64,000 nucleotides of DNA from an uncultured Fibrobacterota bacterium. GTDB lineage: Bacteria; Fibrobacterota; Chitinivibrionia; Chitinivibrionales; FEN-1185. Where the stretch lies: contig CAVSQB010000005.1 in the NCBI GenBank assembly GCA_963729895.1, positions 64,001-128,000 on the forward strand, read 5' to 3'. Below, in pieces: positions 9,441 to 19,161 of the stretch. Each line of letters opens with the position of its first letter. Position 1 is the first letter of the stretch. The notes under the pieces were generated by a model. The model saw nothing but the letters and a program-made list of their open reading frames with translations, was not told the DNA's origin and ran no database searches. A program made the position numbers and the translations under genes.

Positions 9441-10949
9441 TTACTTCTTTGCTTTGCTGCTTTGCGGCTGCGTCACTTTGTCACTCTCTTTTTGCAAAAG
9501 AACGCCCACGGTGGCCTTGTCAAAATCGAAATACTTTTTCACGACGGCAGGGACGTCCTCAGCCTTCACCGCCGCGATCCTGTCGGGGTAGGAAAGGAGG
9601 GACTTCCACGATCCGAGCCGCTCAAACCATGCCAGACGGTCCGATAGTCCCTCAAGGCTTCTTAAATTGGACACGAATGACATGCGTATTGAATTCTTGG
9701 TCCGTTCCATTTCCCGCGGCGAGGGCGGCGTCCTAGACAAAGAAAGGATTTCCTCGCGGATAATCTTTTCGACTTTGGCCGGATCGGTGTTCTTCTTGAG
9801 CGTGGCCGAAATGTCGAAGTACCCGTCGTGCAGACGAAATGCATTGCTGGCGTCCGCGCCGGTGCACAGGTCTTCGCGGTTCACGAGCCTGTCGAACAAT
9901 CGGCCGCTTCGGCCCGACAGAATGGATTCGAGAACGTCGAGTTTGTACAGGTCGTCGTTGTCGTATCCGGGGGTATGGAACATGATTTCAACCTGGGGTT
10001 CGGCATCGTCGTGCACCGTAAAGCGCGTTTCACCGATGGGCGCAGGTTCGCGCGTAACGACTTCCTGCTTGGGCTCAGCGGCCCGGGGAATCCCGCCGAA
10101 ATACCGCCTGATGTCCGCAAGGGCTTTTTTGGGGTCGATGTTCCCGACCAGTACGAGCACCGCATTGTCGGGCGTGTAGAACCTCTTGACATGATTGGAA
10201 AGATCCTGAATGGTGTAGTTTTGAATGTCCGATTTCCAGCCGATGGTCGGCAGCCGGTAAGGATGGGCGATGTAGAACAGAGCGTTCAGATATTCGTCGA
10301 AACGGTTTGCCGGCTGGTTTTCGTACCGCATTCTCCGTTCTTCGAGCACGACCTCGCGTTCGCTGTAGAATTCCCGGAACACGGGATTTGCCATCCGGTC
10401 CGACTCAATCCAGTAGAACAATTCCACTTTGTTCTTGGGCAGCGTCACGATGTAGGCCGTCATGTCGTCGGCCGTCCAGGCGTTCAGGTGCGTTCCGCCG
10501 TTGCCCATGTACAGTTCCCATATTTCATCCTTCTTGACGAACTCCCGTTCTTTGTCCATATAACCGAGGATTTCCTTGCGCAGCCGCACACGCTCGGAAG
10601 CGGTGTCGGGTATTCCCCTGTTTTTGAGAGCGTAGATGATTTTGTCAACTGAGTCGATTTTCGCAAGCCACACCGATTCCTTGGCGAAATCTTTGGTGTT
10701 GAGCCGGTGCGTTCCCTTGAACATCATGTGCTCGTACATGTGGGAAAGGCCCGACCTGCTGAATTGCTCATACATCGACCCCACGAAATAGTAAAGCCGG
10801 CAGGAAACGATTGCGACGTTGGTATCCGGTACGACAATGATGCGCAGACCGTTTGGAAGCGTGTCGGAGGTGACGGGAATGTTGATGTCATAGGCGGATG
10901 CCGACAACGATATCAGAAATACGCCTAATAAGAGAACCATTTTTTTCAT
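9441..10949 (-). CDS. M16 family zinc peptidase, catalytic subunit
   Basis: HMYEH motif, NAWT, EREVVLEE and HPY. Signal peptide MKKMVLLL. Confidence 0.92.
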   Translation of the reverse strand: MKKMVLLLGVFLISLSASAYDINIPVTSDTLPNGLRIIVVPDTNVAIVSCRLYYFVGSMYEQFSRSGLSHMYEHMMFKGTHRLNTKDFAKESVWLAKIDSVDKIIYALKNRGIPDTASERVRLRKEILGYMDKEREFVKKDEIWELYMGNGGTHLNAWTADDMTAYIVTLPKNKVELFYWIESDRMANPVFREFYSEREVVLEERRMRYENQPANRFDEYLNALFYIAHPYRLPTIGWKSDIQNYTIQDLSNHVKRFYTPDNAVLVLVGNIDPKKALADIRRYFGGIPRAAEPKQEVVTREPAPIGETRFTVHDDAEPQVEIMFHTPGYDNDDLYKLDVLESILSGRSGRLFDRLVNREDLCTGADASNAFRLHDGYFDISATLKKNTDPAKVEKIIREEILSLSRTPPSPREMERTKNSIRMSFVSNLRSLEGLSDRLAWFERLGSWKSLLSYPDRIAAVKAEDVPAVVKKYFDFDKATVGVLLQKESDKVTQPQSSKAKK

Positions 10950-11179
10950 TGCGACCCCGGAATGATTATCGAATGTGAATGTTCTTTTCGTTCTCCAAGC
11001 CGAGAATCTCTTTTCCCAACAACCAACGGGAGATTCGCAGGCGCTGCTACTCCTGGAAGGTTGCTTGCTGTTGTAGTGGTGGTACTTCGCTCGCAATGGC
11101 ACCGGCTTTGCCGGATTCAGCCTTTAACGAAAAACGTATCTTATTTTTTGTCTTCTTTGCGTCCTCTGCGTCTTTGCGG

Positions 11180-12526
11180 TTAATCCTGTTTCCTGTTCTT
11201 TTCGATGATCCCCCGCAGCGTCTGGTACCCGTAATGAAGCAGCAGATGATCGAGCAACACCATGCACGTGTAATTTTCCGCAACCGGCCACACGCGCGCG
11301 ACAATGGTCGGGTCGCGGCGGGTAATGGCCGCAAGTTCTTTGTTCTCCAGCGTATATTTGTCGATGGTGTGCTGCTTCTTTGCAATGGTGGGCGTGGGCT
11401 TTACCGCGAGCCGGACCACAAGGGGCGCGCCGTTCGAAAGCCCGCCGGTGACACCGCCCGCGTGGTTGGTTTCAAAAACCACCTTGCCTTTTTCAGAATG
11501 CATCTGGTCGTTGCTTTGAATACCGGTCATGTCCTTGACGGCGATTCCGGCGCCCACCTCGACGGCCTTGACCGCGCCGATGCCGAGCATTTTTCCCAGT
11601 TCGCCGTCGAGTTTGTCAAATACGGGTTCCCCGAGTCCGATAGGCAGTCCCGTTGCCACGACTTCCACGACGCCGCCGCTCGAATCGCCGGTGGCCGTGA
11701 TCCGGTTGATCGCCTCGACCATAGCGTCCGCGGCGGCGAGATCGGGGCAATTGATGACCGGATGAACATCGTATTTCCTGCGGATCTCGTCCGGTTTGAG
11801 CACCGGCGCCCGCTCGCGGATCGCGTCGATCTCGTTTTCGATCTCGGCAAATACGGCTGTTTTTTCGAGAAAGCGCATGTCCGGCGTGATGCGGTGCTTT
11901 TTGTACACCTCCTGGTAGAACGGGTCCAGGTCGCGCCGCATGCGCTTATAAGAATTCGTGCGGCGTTCTAGGTCGGCAAGGTCAATGCTGCCGCAACACA
12001 CGCCGGCCGCTTCCTTCACATAGGCGAAAACCTTGATGCCGCATTCGGCAAGGACCTTCCTGGCAATATGTCCGGCGGCCACTATGGTGGCGGTGTAACG
12101 GCCCGAGAAAATACCGGCGCCCACCGCGTCGTCGTCCGGGCCGTATTTGACAAATGAGGCATACGAGGCGTGCCCCGGCCTGGGCGTGCGGTTGGTGTCC
12201 TGGTACTGCTTGATGTGGACAAAGTGCCTGTCGAGGTTCGGAATGAGCACCGTAATTGGCGTTCCGTTGGTGTGGTTCCTGTTCCCTGCGTTTTCGACGG
12301 TGTCCGCGGGATTGACCCCGGTATATATAATAGGAAGATCGGGTTCTTTTCTGGGGGACGACAATTCATCGGCGCCGGGTTTGCGCAGAAGAAGGTCGGA
12401 ATATATTTCTTCTTCGGTGAGAAGCAATCCCGGCGGGACGCCCTGGACAACGGCAGTGAGCCCTTCCTGATACGATCCGCCGGCCACCGTCGCCTGGAAG
12501 AAACGGCCGAAATGACATCCGATCAT
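11180..12526 (-). CDS. aroC: Chorismate synthase (divergent, with insertion)
   Basis: RPGHA, GDSSGG, GLGEPVFDKLD, NHAGG and KPTPTI signatures. Confidence 0.88.
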   Translation of the reverse strand: MIGCHFGRFFQATVAGGSYQEGLTAVVQGVPPGLLLTEEEIYSDLLLRKPGADELSSPRKEPDLPIIYTGVNPADTVENAGNRNHTNGTPITVLIPNLDRHFVHIKQYQDTNRTPRPGHASYASFVKYGPDDDAVGAGIFSGRYTATIVAAGHIARKVLAECGIKVFAYVKEAAGVCCGSIDLADLERRTNSYKRMRRDLDPFYQEVYKKHRITPDMRFLEKTAVFAEIENEIDAIRERAPVLKPDEIRRKYDVHPVINCPDLAAADAMVEAINRITATGDSSGGVVEVVATGLPIGLGEPVFDKLDGELGKMLGIGAVKAVEVGAGIAVKDMTGIQSNDQMHSEKGKVVFETNHAGGVTGGLSNGAPLVVRLAVKPTPTIAKKQHTIDKYTLENKELAAITRRDPTIVARVWPVAENYTCMVLLDHLLLHYGYQTLRGIIEKNRKQD

Positions 12527-12712
12527 AGATTTGAAGTCCTCGGCATTCGAATACCGAAACAAGTTAAAGTACGAAGCAGTTTTGCCGTTATGCTTACGAA
12601 CCGCTTAGTAAAATACATAAATTCCTTGGGCGTTCAAACGTGATTAGATCGGCCCGCACATTTTGGCCGCGTTGTGCGAGGAGTCGCGGACCCATGACTG
12701 TAAGGAGGCACC

Positions 12713-13477
12713 ATGCGATCACCACCACGCATCGTTGACAGGAAGAAGGCGCAGGCGCTTATCGCAGGCCTCATACAGCCCGGCCTTGGCCAGATATACA
12801 ATGGCGAATTGGCAAAGGGCCTCTGCTATTTCGCCTTGTTTCTGATTGCCGTCATCGGCGGAATGCGAATCGTCCTGGTTTTTCCGGACCCGGCGCTTTC
12901 GCTGTGCATCGGAGTGGCCATGCTTGCCGCGGCCGCCGTTTCCATCGTCTTTGCCGTTGAGGCATGGGGTTTCGCATCGGCAAAGGGCTCAGGGTATGTG
13001 CTCAAATGGTATAACCGGTGGTACGTGTATGCCGCGCTATGGGCGCTGTGCTCGGTTTTTGTCACGGGCGCCGCGTTCTCGTTTGTGTCCGACAACATCC
13101 TTCAATGCTGCCGTGTGGCGACCAACTCGATGTCGCCAGCCGTGCTGCCGGGAGATCTTGTTATTGTCGACAAAACCTGGTACAAACATCACCCGCCGAG
13201 AAAAGGCGATGTAATTCTTTGCCGGTATCCGGACCACGCGGGCAAATCGTCCGTCAAGGTGATCGCCGGATTGCCCGGCGATACTATTAACTTGGATGGC
13301 GGCGTCGTTGCAGTGCCGCACGGACACGTATTTACGCTGGGCGACACTTCCGGTGATTCGCGGCATTATGGTCCGATCCAGCTCAACCTCGTCCTCGGGA
13401 AAGCACGCCAAATCTGCTTTTCCTTTGACCGCGAAGAAGGAATACGGTGGGAGAGGGTGGGAATTGGTTTGAAATAA
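12713..13477 (+). CDS. lepB: Signal peptidase I
   Basis: Three TM segments, catalytic SMSP, K in VKVIAGLPGD, and SGDSRHYG. Confidence 0.85.
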   Translation: MRSPPRIVDRKKAQALIAGLIQPGLGQIYNGELAKGLCYFALFLIAVIGGMRIVLVFPDPALSLCIGVAMLAAAAVSIVFAVEAWGFASAKGSGYVLKWYNRWYVYAALWALCSVFVTGAAFSFVSDNILQCCRVATNSMSPAVLPGDLVIVDKTWYKHHPPRKGDVILCRYPDHAGKSSVKVIAGLPGDTINLDGGVVAVPHGHVFTLGDTSGDSRHYGPIQLNLVLGKARQICFSFDREEGIRWERVGIGLK

Positions 13478-13517
13478 TAATATCTTGGTGGTGTGCTGAG
13501 CCGGAAATCTTAATAGT

Positions 13518-13635
13518 CAAATGTTTATGGATGGCTGAGCCGGGTGACCCCCAAGTGAGTTTATTTGCGAGAATCCAATCCTCGGCTGGGGGGCACCCAC
13601 GAAGGGCAGTTGAGAAGGCCAAGGGAAGAACTCCG
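13518..13635. repeat. Diverged copy of the core of the island-flanking repeat (family R)
   Basis: gccgggtgaccccc...gaatccaatc...ggggcacccacgaa...aaggccaa is shared with the copies at 20488 and 35424. Confidence 0.85.
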
Positions 13636-13756
13636 CTTTGCACGTAAAAGAGCAAATGTATTCTCACTCATTTACATCCTGCACAGAGGAACCTGACAAA
13701 TGTTGGACGAATCTTCTGCCAAGCGCCAGGCCGGACTGGAACGTGCGCAGAGCGCA

Positions 13757-13865
13757 GTGCCGCCTGACCCGGCGCGGTTGTCGAGTGCCGCTCCCCTCGA
13801 TACATCCCTGCGGGACACTCGGGAAGCGGCGTATCGAGACAACGCGCCTTGGGCGCAGGCGGTAC
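13757..13865. repeat. Long composite palindrome (REP/MITE-like)
   Basis: Nested stems gtgccgcctg/caggcggtac, ggcgcg/cgcgcc, gttgtc/gacaac. The ctcgatac...cactcg motif recurs at 23623-23705. Confidence 0.65.
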
Positions 13866-14084
13866 CGAGGCCAATCGGCCGAGCGTGGAAGGAGGGCCGC
13901 CGTCCCGATGGGGACGGGGCGCCCAATCTCATATCTTGATATTCGCCGCACCCGAATTAGCCATCTATACGTCACGTCATCTCAAGCAGTTTCCAGGCAT
14001 TTTCTCATACTTTTTTGCTTTTCTCAATACAATGAATCATTTTCTATGCTCCCGAAAAACCAACCCTCAGCCTTGGAGAGGTCG

Positions 14085-15692
14085 ATGGCAGGCGTCATCA
14101 AGATCACCAGAGCGCTCCTGAGCGTGTCGGACAAGTCCGGCATTGTGGAACTGGGGAGGACACTTGCCGGATGCGGAGTTGAGATCCTGTCTACCGGCGG
14201 GACCGCGCGCACGCTTTCCGAAAACAACGTACCTGTAAAGACCGTTGATTCGCACACCGGTTTCCCGGAGATAATGGACGGCAGGGTAAAGACGCTGCAT
14301 CCGAAGATCCACGGGGGCCTGCTTGCCGTACGGGACAATCCCGTGCATCTGGAGCAGATGAAGAAAAACGGCATTGTCCCCATCGATCTTGTGGTGATCA
14401 ACCTCTATCCGTTCAAGGTCACCATAGAAAAACCGGGCGTGACCGTTGAGGAGGCGATTGAGAACATTGACATAGGCGGGCCCGCAATGATCCGCAGCGC
14501 GGCAAAGAACCACACCTATGTCACGGTCGTGGTGGACCCGGCGGATTATGCCGCGATTGCCGAAGCGGTGAAGGCCGGCGGCGTCACATTTGACATGAGG
14601 AAGTATCTTGCCGTCAAGGCGTTCTGTCACACCGCGGAATACGACAGCGCAATCGACGTTTTCTTTTCGCGCAAGTACCTCAACGAGGAAGTGCTGAGGC
14701 TTTGCTACCGCAACGGCCTTGAACTTCGATACGGGGAGAATCCGCACCAATCCGCGGTGTTCTTCAAGTCCAGGGACTGCACCGAACCGTGCATGGGTAC
14801 GGCGGAGCAGCTCCACGGAAAAGAGCTTTCGTACAATAATATCGTCGATGGAGACGCGGCCGTGGAGGCGGTCAAGGAGCTTGCGGATGTGCCGGCGGCT
14901 GCGGTCGTCAAACACACGAATCCGTGCGGTTATGCAACGGGGAAGACCCTCGACCAGGCGCTTGAAGCGGCGTGGTCGGGCGACCCCGTATCCGCGTTCG
15001 GCAGCGTCATCGCAGTTTCGCAGCCTGTCGACCTGAAGGCGGCGCACGTGCTTGCCGGCAGGTTCGTGGAGATTCTTATCGCTCCCGATTTTTCCAACGA
15101 GGCGCTTGGGTATCTCAAGGAAAAGAGCTCCCAGCTGCGCATCCTCAAAGTGGGGGACCTTGGGCGCAAGAAAGAGGAACGGTTTGTGTACAAGCACGTG
15201 GTGGGCGCCATGCTCAAGCAGGACCGCGACGTGATCGAATGTGAAAAGTGGGACACGGTCACACAGGCGCAGTTCCTCGAAAGTAAAGTACCGCTCGCGA
15301 AGTTCGCATGGAAAGCATGCAAACACACCAAATCGAACGCCATCATTCTGGCCCAGGAATACGCGCCCGGCGTGTACCGCGTGGTGGGAATGGGCGCCGG
15401 CCAGCCCAACAGGGTTGATTCGCTCCGAAAGCTTTCCGTGTCCAAGGCCCGGGAAAACTTCGCGGCGGAACAGAAAACCGATGGCGGCGCCTTTACCAAA
15501 GAATTTTCAGAACTGGTGCTTGCCTCCGACGCATACTTCCCCTTCCCGGACAACATCGAAGAGGCGAACAAGGCCGGCATCCGGTATATTGTCGAGCCGG
15601 GCGGCTCCAAACGCGACAACGAAGTAATTGACGCGTGCAACAAATACGGCATTGCCATGGTGTTCACAGGCACGCGTCATTTCCGGCACTAG
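14085..15692 (+). CDS. purH: Bifunctional AICAR transformylase/IMP cyclohydrolase
   Basis: RALLSVSDK, GRVKTLHP, IDIGG, YGENPHQ, KHTNPCG and RHFRH. Confidence 0.98.
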   Translation: MAGVIKITRALLSVSDKSGIVELGRTLAGCGVEILSTGGTARTLSENNVPVKTVDSHTGFPEIMDGRVKTLHPKIHGGLLAVRDNPVHLEQMKKNGIVPIDLVVINLYPFKVTIEKPGVTVEEAIENIDIGGPAMIRSAAKNHTYVTVVVDPADYAAIAEAVKAGGVTFDMRKYLAVKAFCHTAEYDSAIDVFFSRKYLNEEVLRLCYRNGLELRYGENPHQSAVFFKSRDCTEPCMGTAEQLHGKELSYNNIVDGDAAVEAVKELADVPAAAVVKHTNPCGYATGKTLDQALEAAWSGDPVSAFGSVIAVSQPVDLKAAHVLAGRFVEILIAPDFSNEALGYLKEKSSQLRILKVGDLGRKKEERFVYKHVVGAMLKQDRDVIECEKWDTVTQAQFLESKVPLAKFAWKACKHTKSNAIILAQEYAPGVYRVVGMGAGQPNRVDSLRKLSVSKARENFAAEQKTDGGAFTKEFSELVLASDAYFPFPDNIEEANKAGIRYIVEPGGSKRDNEVIDACNKYGIAMVFTGTRHFRH

Positions 15693-15833
15693 CCGGGGGC
15701 TGGCCGGGCGGATGTATATTAGAACCCGTTTGTCGCCGCGCGTCCGGGTCGCAGCGGGCGATGGATGCGGACCGTGAGCCCAACCGGCGAGAAAACCAGA
15801 AACTTCTTTTTGTGATGAAGGAACAGCACAGGT

Positions 15834-18119
15834 ATGCCAAAGCATCTCGTCATCGTCGAATCCCCTGCAAAATGCAAGACCATTTCCAGGTACTTGGGCA
15901 AGAATTATTCGGTGCGGGCCACCATGGGCCACATCATCGATTTGCCCGGCAAGGAATTCGGCGTGGACATCGAACACGATTTTAAGCCGAAATACACGGT
16001 TGCCAAAGGAAAGAACCGCATTCTCAAGACCCTCAAGGACGATGCGTCGAATGCCGATGTCGTATTTTTGGCGCCCGATCCCGATCGCGAGGGCGAAGCG
16101 ATTGCGTGGCATGTGGCGCAATACATTGCCAAATCGAACACAAATGTGAAGCGCGTCCTGTTCAACGAGATCACCAAGCCTGCGGTCCTCAATGCCATAG
16201 AGCATCCGGGCGAGATCGACATGAACAAAGTAAACGCGCAGCAGGCGCGAAGAATCCTCGACCGTATCGTGGGCTATCAGATATCTCCCATCTTGTGGCG
16301 TACGGTGTTCCGCGGCCTGTCCGCAGGCCGCGTGCAATCGGTTGCCCTCCGTCTCATTTGCGAGCGTGAGGATCAAATTAAAGCGTTTGTCAAGAGCGAA
16401 TACTGGTCGATCCATTCGCAGCACCAGTACAAGGGCATGGAGTTCTGGGCGAAACTCCTTTCCGTTGACGGTGCAAAGGTGCAGACGCTGGAACAAGCCC
16501 GCGAAGTTTTGCCGAATGCCGCCGCGGCGCAGGCCGTGATCGACCGGGTCAAGGACAAGCCGTTCACCGTCACCGAGGTGCAGCGGGTGGAAAAGTCGCG
16601 CAAGCCCTATGCGCCTTTCATCACGAGCACGCTCCAGCAGGAAGCTGCCCGCAAGCTCAATTTTTCCGCAACAAAAACAATGATCATCGCCCAGCAGCTG
16701 TATGAAGGGCTCGAACTGGGCGAGCTCGGCAGCATGGGACTCATCACGTACATGCGCACCGATTCAACCAGAATTGCTCAGGAGGCGCTTGCCAGCGCGC
16801 GAACCCTCATCGGCTCGCTGTACGGCGACAGCTACCTGACGCCGGAACCGAGGAGCTATGCCAAGAACAAGAACGCGCAGGACGCGCACGAAGCGATCCG
16901 GCCGTCGCAGGTGTCGCCCGATTTCGCTCCCGACAAGATACACAACTACCTGAGCAAAGACCAGCAGCGGCTGTATGAGCTGGTGTGGAAACGGTTTCTT
17001 GCTTCGCAAATGGCAAACGCGCTGTACGATTCGACGCGGATCGACATTGCCGCCGGCCCGTGCGTGTTCCGGGCCACGGGCTCCATCCAGAAATTCGACG
17101 GGTTTCTGGCGCTCTACGAAGAAACCGCGGAGGAATCGACCGAAAACGGGGAAGACGAGAACGTGCGGCTCCCGGAAGTCGCGGCCGGCGCCTCCATCAC
17201 GCTGCAAAAACTGCTCGACAAGCAGCATTTTACGCAGCCACCGCCGCGCTATTCCGAGGCGTCTCTGGTGCGCGAACTCGAAGACAAGGGCATCGGCAGG
17301 CCGAGCACCTACGCGCAGATCATCGACACGCTGAAACGCCGGAAGTACGTGACCGCCGAAAACAAGCGCTTTATGCCCACGGAAGTCGGGTATATGGTAA
17401 AAGACATTCTTGTCAAGGAATTTTCCAATGTGTTCGACGTAGGGTTCACGGCCACCCTGGAGGATTCTCTTGATAAAATAGAGATCGGCGAAGCTAATTG
17501 GGTGACTGTGCTCAGGGATTTCTACGGCCCGTTTTCTCAGCGGGTGGAGGGGGTCAAGTCGAATATCCGCGATCTCAAGGCGGCCAACCAGACGGTCACC
17601 GGCCGGACGTGCCCGGAATGCAAGAAGTTCCCGCTTGTCATCAAGTGGAGCAAGAACGGCAAATTCCTCGCATGCCAGGGATTCCCCGCGTGCCGCTACA
17701 CCGAACCCCTCGAGAAGATCGCTCCGCAGCAGTCGGGGGAAACATGCGACAAGTGCGGCGCTCCCATGGTTGTGCTCAATATCAACGGCAACAGGTTCCT
17801 CGGCTGTTCGCGCTATCCCGACTGCAAAAACACCAAGTCTATTTCGACGGGCGTGGCGTGCCCGCGTGAAGGATGCACCGGCCAGCTCATCGAACGCAAG
17901 ACGCGCCGCGGGAGGTTGTTTTACGGATGCAATACCTATCCGAAATGCAACTACGCAACGTGGGACAGGCCCGTTGCCCAAAAATGCCCGCAGTGCGGTT
18001 TTGGCATTCTTGTCTACAAGGACACCAAGCGTAAGGGCGTGTACCATCGCTGCCCTAACTGCAAGGCGGAATTTCCGGTTCCGGGCGCGACGGGCGAGGG
18101 TACACAGTCTGAAGGATAA
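15834..18119 (+). CDS. topA: DNA topoisomerase I
   Basis: IVESPAK, DPDREGE, SAGRVQS, ITYMRTD and C-terminal zinc ribbons. Confidence 0.98.
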   Translation: MPKHLVIVESPAKCKTISRYLGKNYSVRATMGHIIDLPGKEFGVDIEHDFKPKYTVAKGKNRILKTLKDDASNADVVFLAPDPDREGEAIAWHVAQYIAKSNTNVKRVLFNEITKPAVLNAIEHPGEIDMNKVNAQQARRILDRIVGYQISPILWRTVFRGLSAGRVQSVALRLICEREDQIKAFVKSEYWSIHSQHQYKGMEFWAKLLSVDGAKVQTLEQAREVLPNAAAAQAVIDRVKDKPFTVTEVQRVEKSRKPYAPFITSTLQQEAARKLNFSATKTMIIAQQLYEGLELGELGSMGLITYMRTDSTRIAQEALASARTLIGSLYGDSYLTPEPRSYAKNKNAQDAHEAIRPSQVSPDFAPDKIHNYLSKDQQRLYELVWKRFLASQMANALYDSTRIDIAAGPCVFRATGSIQKFDGFLALYEETAEESTENGEDENVRLPEVAAGASITLQKLLDKQHFTQPPPRYSEASLVRELEDKGIGRPSTYAQIIDTLKRRKYVTAENKRFMPTEVGYMVKDILVKEFSNVFDVGFTATLEDSLDKIEIGEANWVTVLRDFYGPFSQRVEGVKSNIRDLKAANQTVTGRTCPECKKFPLVIKWSKNGKFLACQGFPACRYTEPLEKIAPQQSGETCDKCGAPMVVLNINGNRFLGCSRYPDCKNTKSISTGVACPREGCTGQLIERKTRRGRLFYGCNTYPKCNYATWDRPVAQKCPQCGFGILVYKDTKRKGVYHRCPNCKAEFPVPGATGEGTQSEG

Positions 18120-18170
18120 CTTCTTACCGCAAAGGCGCAAAGAAAAAATTGAGAGTTCAATATAAGATTT

Positions 18171-19071
18171 GGTAATTATAAAGGATCTTGCACCAAATTA
18201 GTGATCATTTTGACAAGTTTTTCAAAGAAATTTTCATGACGATGATTGTACCGAAAAGCCATTTCGTTCAGATACCCTGGAAAGTATTCTTTGGAGACTC
18301 CATGGAACTTTGCAAGACGTTCCTTAGCATAGCTCCAGAAGCCTTCCAAACCGTTAATATAAACTTTGCCTGTGGCAAATCTTTTCCCATGGTCGACTCT
18401 CAAATGCCGATAACCGCAGAACATCAGGGCGTCATAGCCGCGGAATTTGTCAGTGTAAATGATGGAGCCTCGTCTGACCATTTTCACAGTCTCAGTCAAC
18501 AGGCTTTCGGCAGTGACGTTTTTTACTACTGTCACCTTCACTTTTCCGTGTCTCTCCAGGATACCAAAGACGGGAACCTTTCCGGCAGCACCCCGGCCAC
18601 GTTTACCTTTACGCCTGCCGCCGAAGTAGGATTCATCGAGCTCAACCTCTCCAGAGAGCCAGAAATCGCTTTCAGCGACCATCAAGGCCCTTCGGATGAG
18701 ATTACACATCCGCAAGACCGTGGGATAGCTCAAACCGATCTGAGTTGCTATCCTGCGTGCTGAGACTTCCAGTTCAAAGAGCTTAATGATCCACAGCAGC
18801 TTTTTCAGAGGGACGCGGCACTGACCAATCCACCGATTCGAGAAGTCATGAAAGGTATTTCCGCATCGTTTGCACCTGAACTTTTTACCTTTTAAACGAT
18901 AGATTTTATGGCTGTTACAATTGATGCAGAAAACATGGCCATTTTTCCAACAGAACTTTCTGAGGAACAATTTTGCCCTGTTTTCAGTTTTCCCTATGAA
19001 TTCAAAGGTTTCTAATTGACTAAAGCCCATATGCACAAGATAATTCCTGTGCAAGATGTTTTATAATCACC
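18171..19071 (-). mobile_element. IS1595-family insertion sequence (901 bp)
   Basis: 23-bp TIRs ggtaattataaaggatcttgcac / ggtgattataaaacatcttgcac. 8-bp target duplication TAAGATTT at 18163-18170 and 19072-19079. Confidence 0.95.
18176..19030 (-). CDS. IS1595-family DDE transposase
   Basis: Zn-ribbon, HTH, VELDESY, GKRGRGA, IYTD and NGLEGFWS motifs. Confidence 0.95.
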   Translation of the reverse strand: MGFSQLETFEFIGKTENRAKLFLRKFCWKNGHVFCINCNSHKIYRLKGKKFRCKRCGNTFHDFSNRWIGQCRVPLKKLLWIIKLFELEVSARRIATQIGLSYPTVLRMCNLIRRALMVAESDFWLSGEVELDESYFGGRRKGKRGRGAAGKVPVFGILERHGKVKVTVVKNVTAESLLTETVKMVRRGSIIYTDKFRGYDALMFCGYRHLRVDHGKRFATGKVYINGLEGFWSYAKERLAKFHGVSKEYFPGYLNEMAFRYNHRHENFFEKLVKMITNLVQDPL

Positions 19072-19161
19072 TAAGATTTAATACTAATGATTGCCTTCCA
19101 TTTCTCCGTGCTCTCCATGCCTCCGTGGTGAACAAATCTTCAGTTTCATGGTAACCCTCCA

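Noticed and set aside
13640..14084. ZMP/ZTP riboswitch upstream of purH, or the 149-aa N-terminal extension of PurH in the ORF track
   Set aside because: The riboswitch consensus is not found, the region is explained by palindromic repeats, and the true start is ATG 14085 with an RBS.
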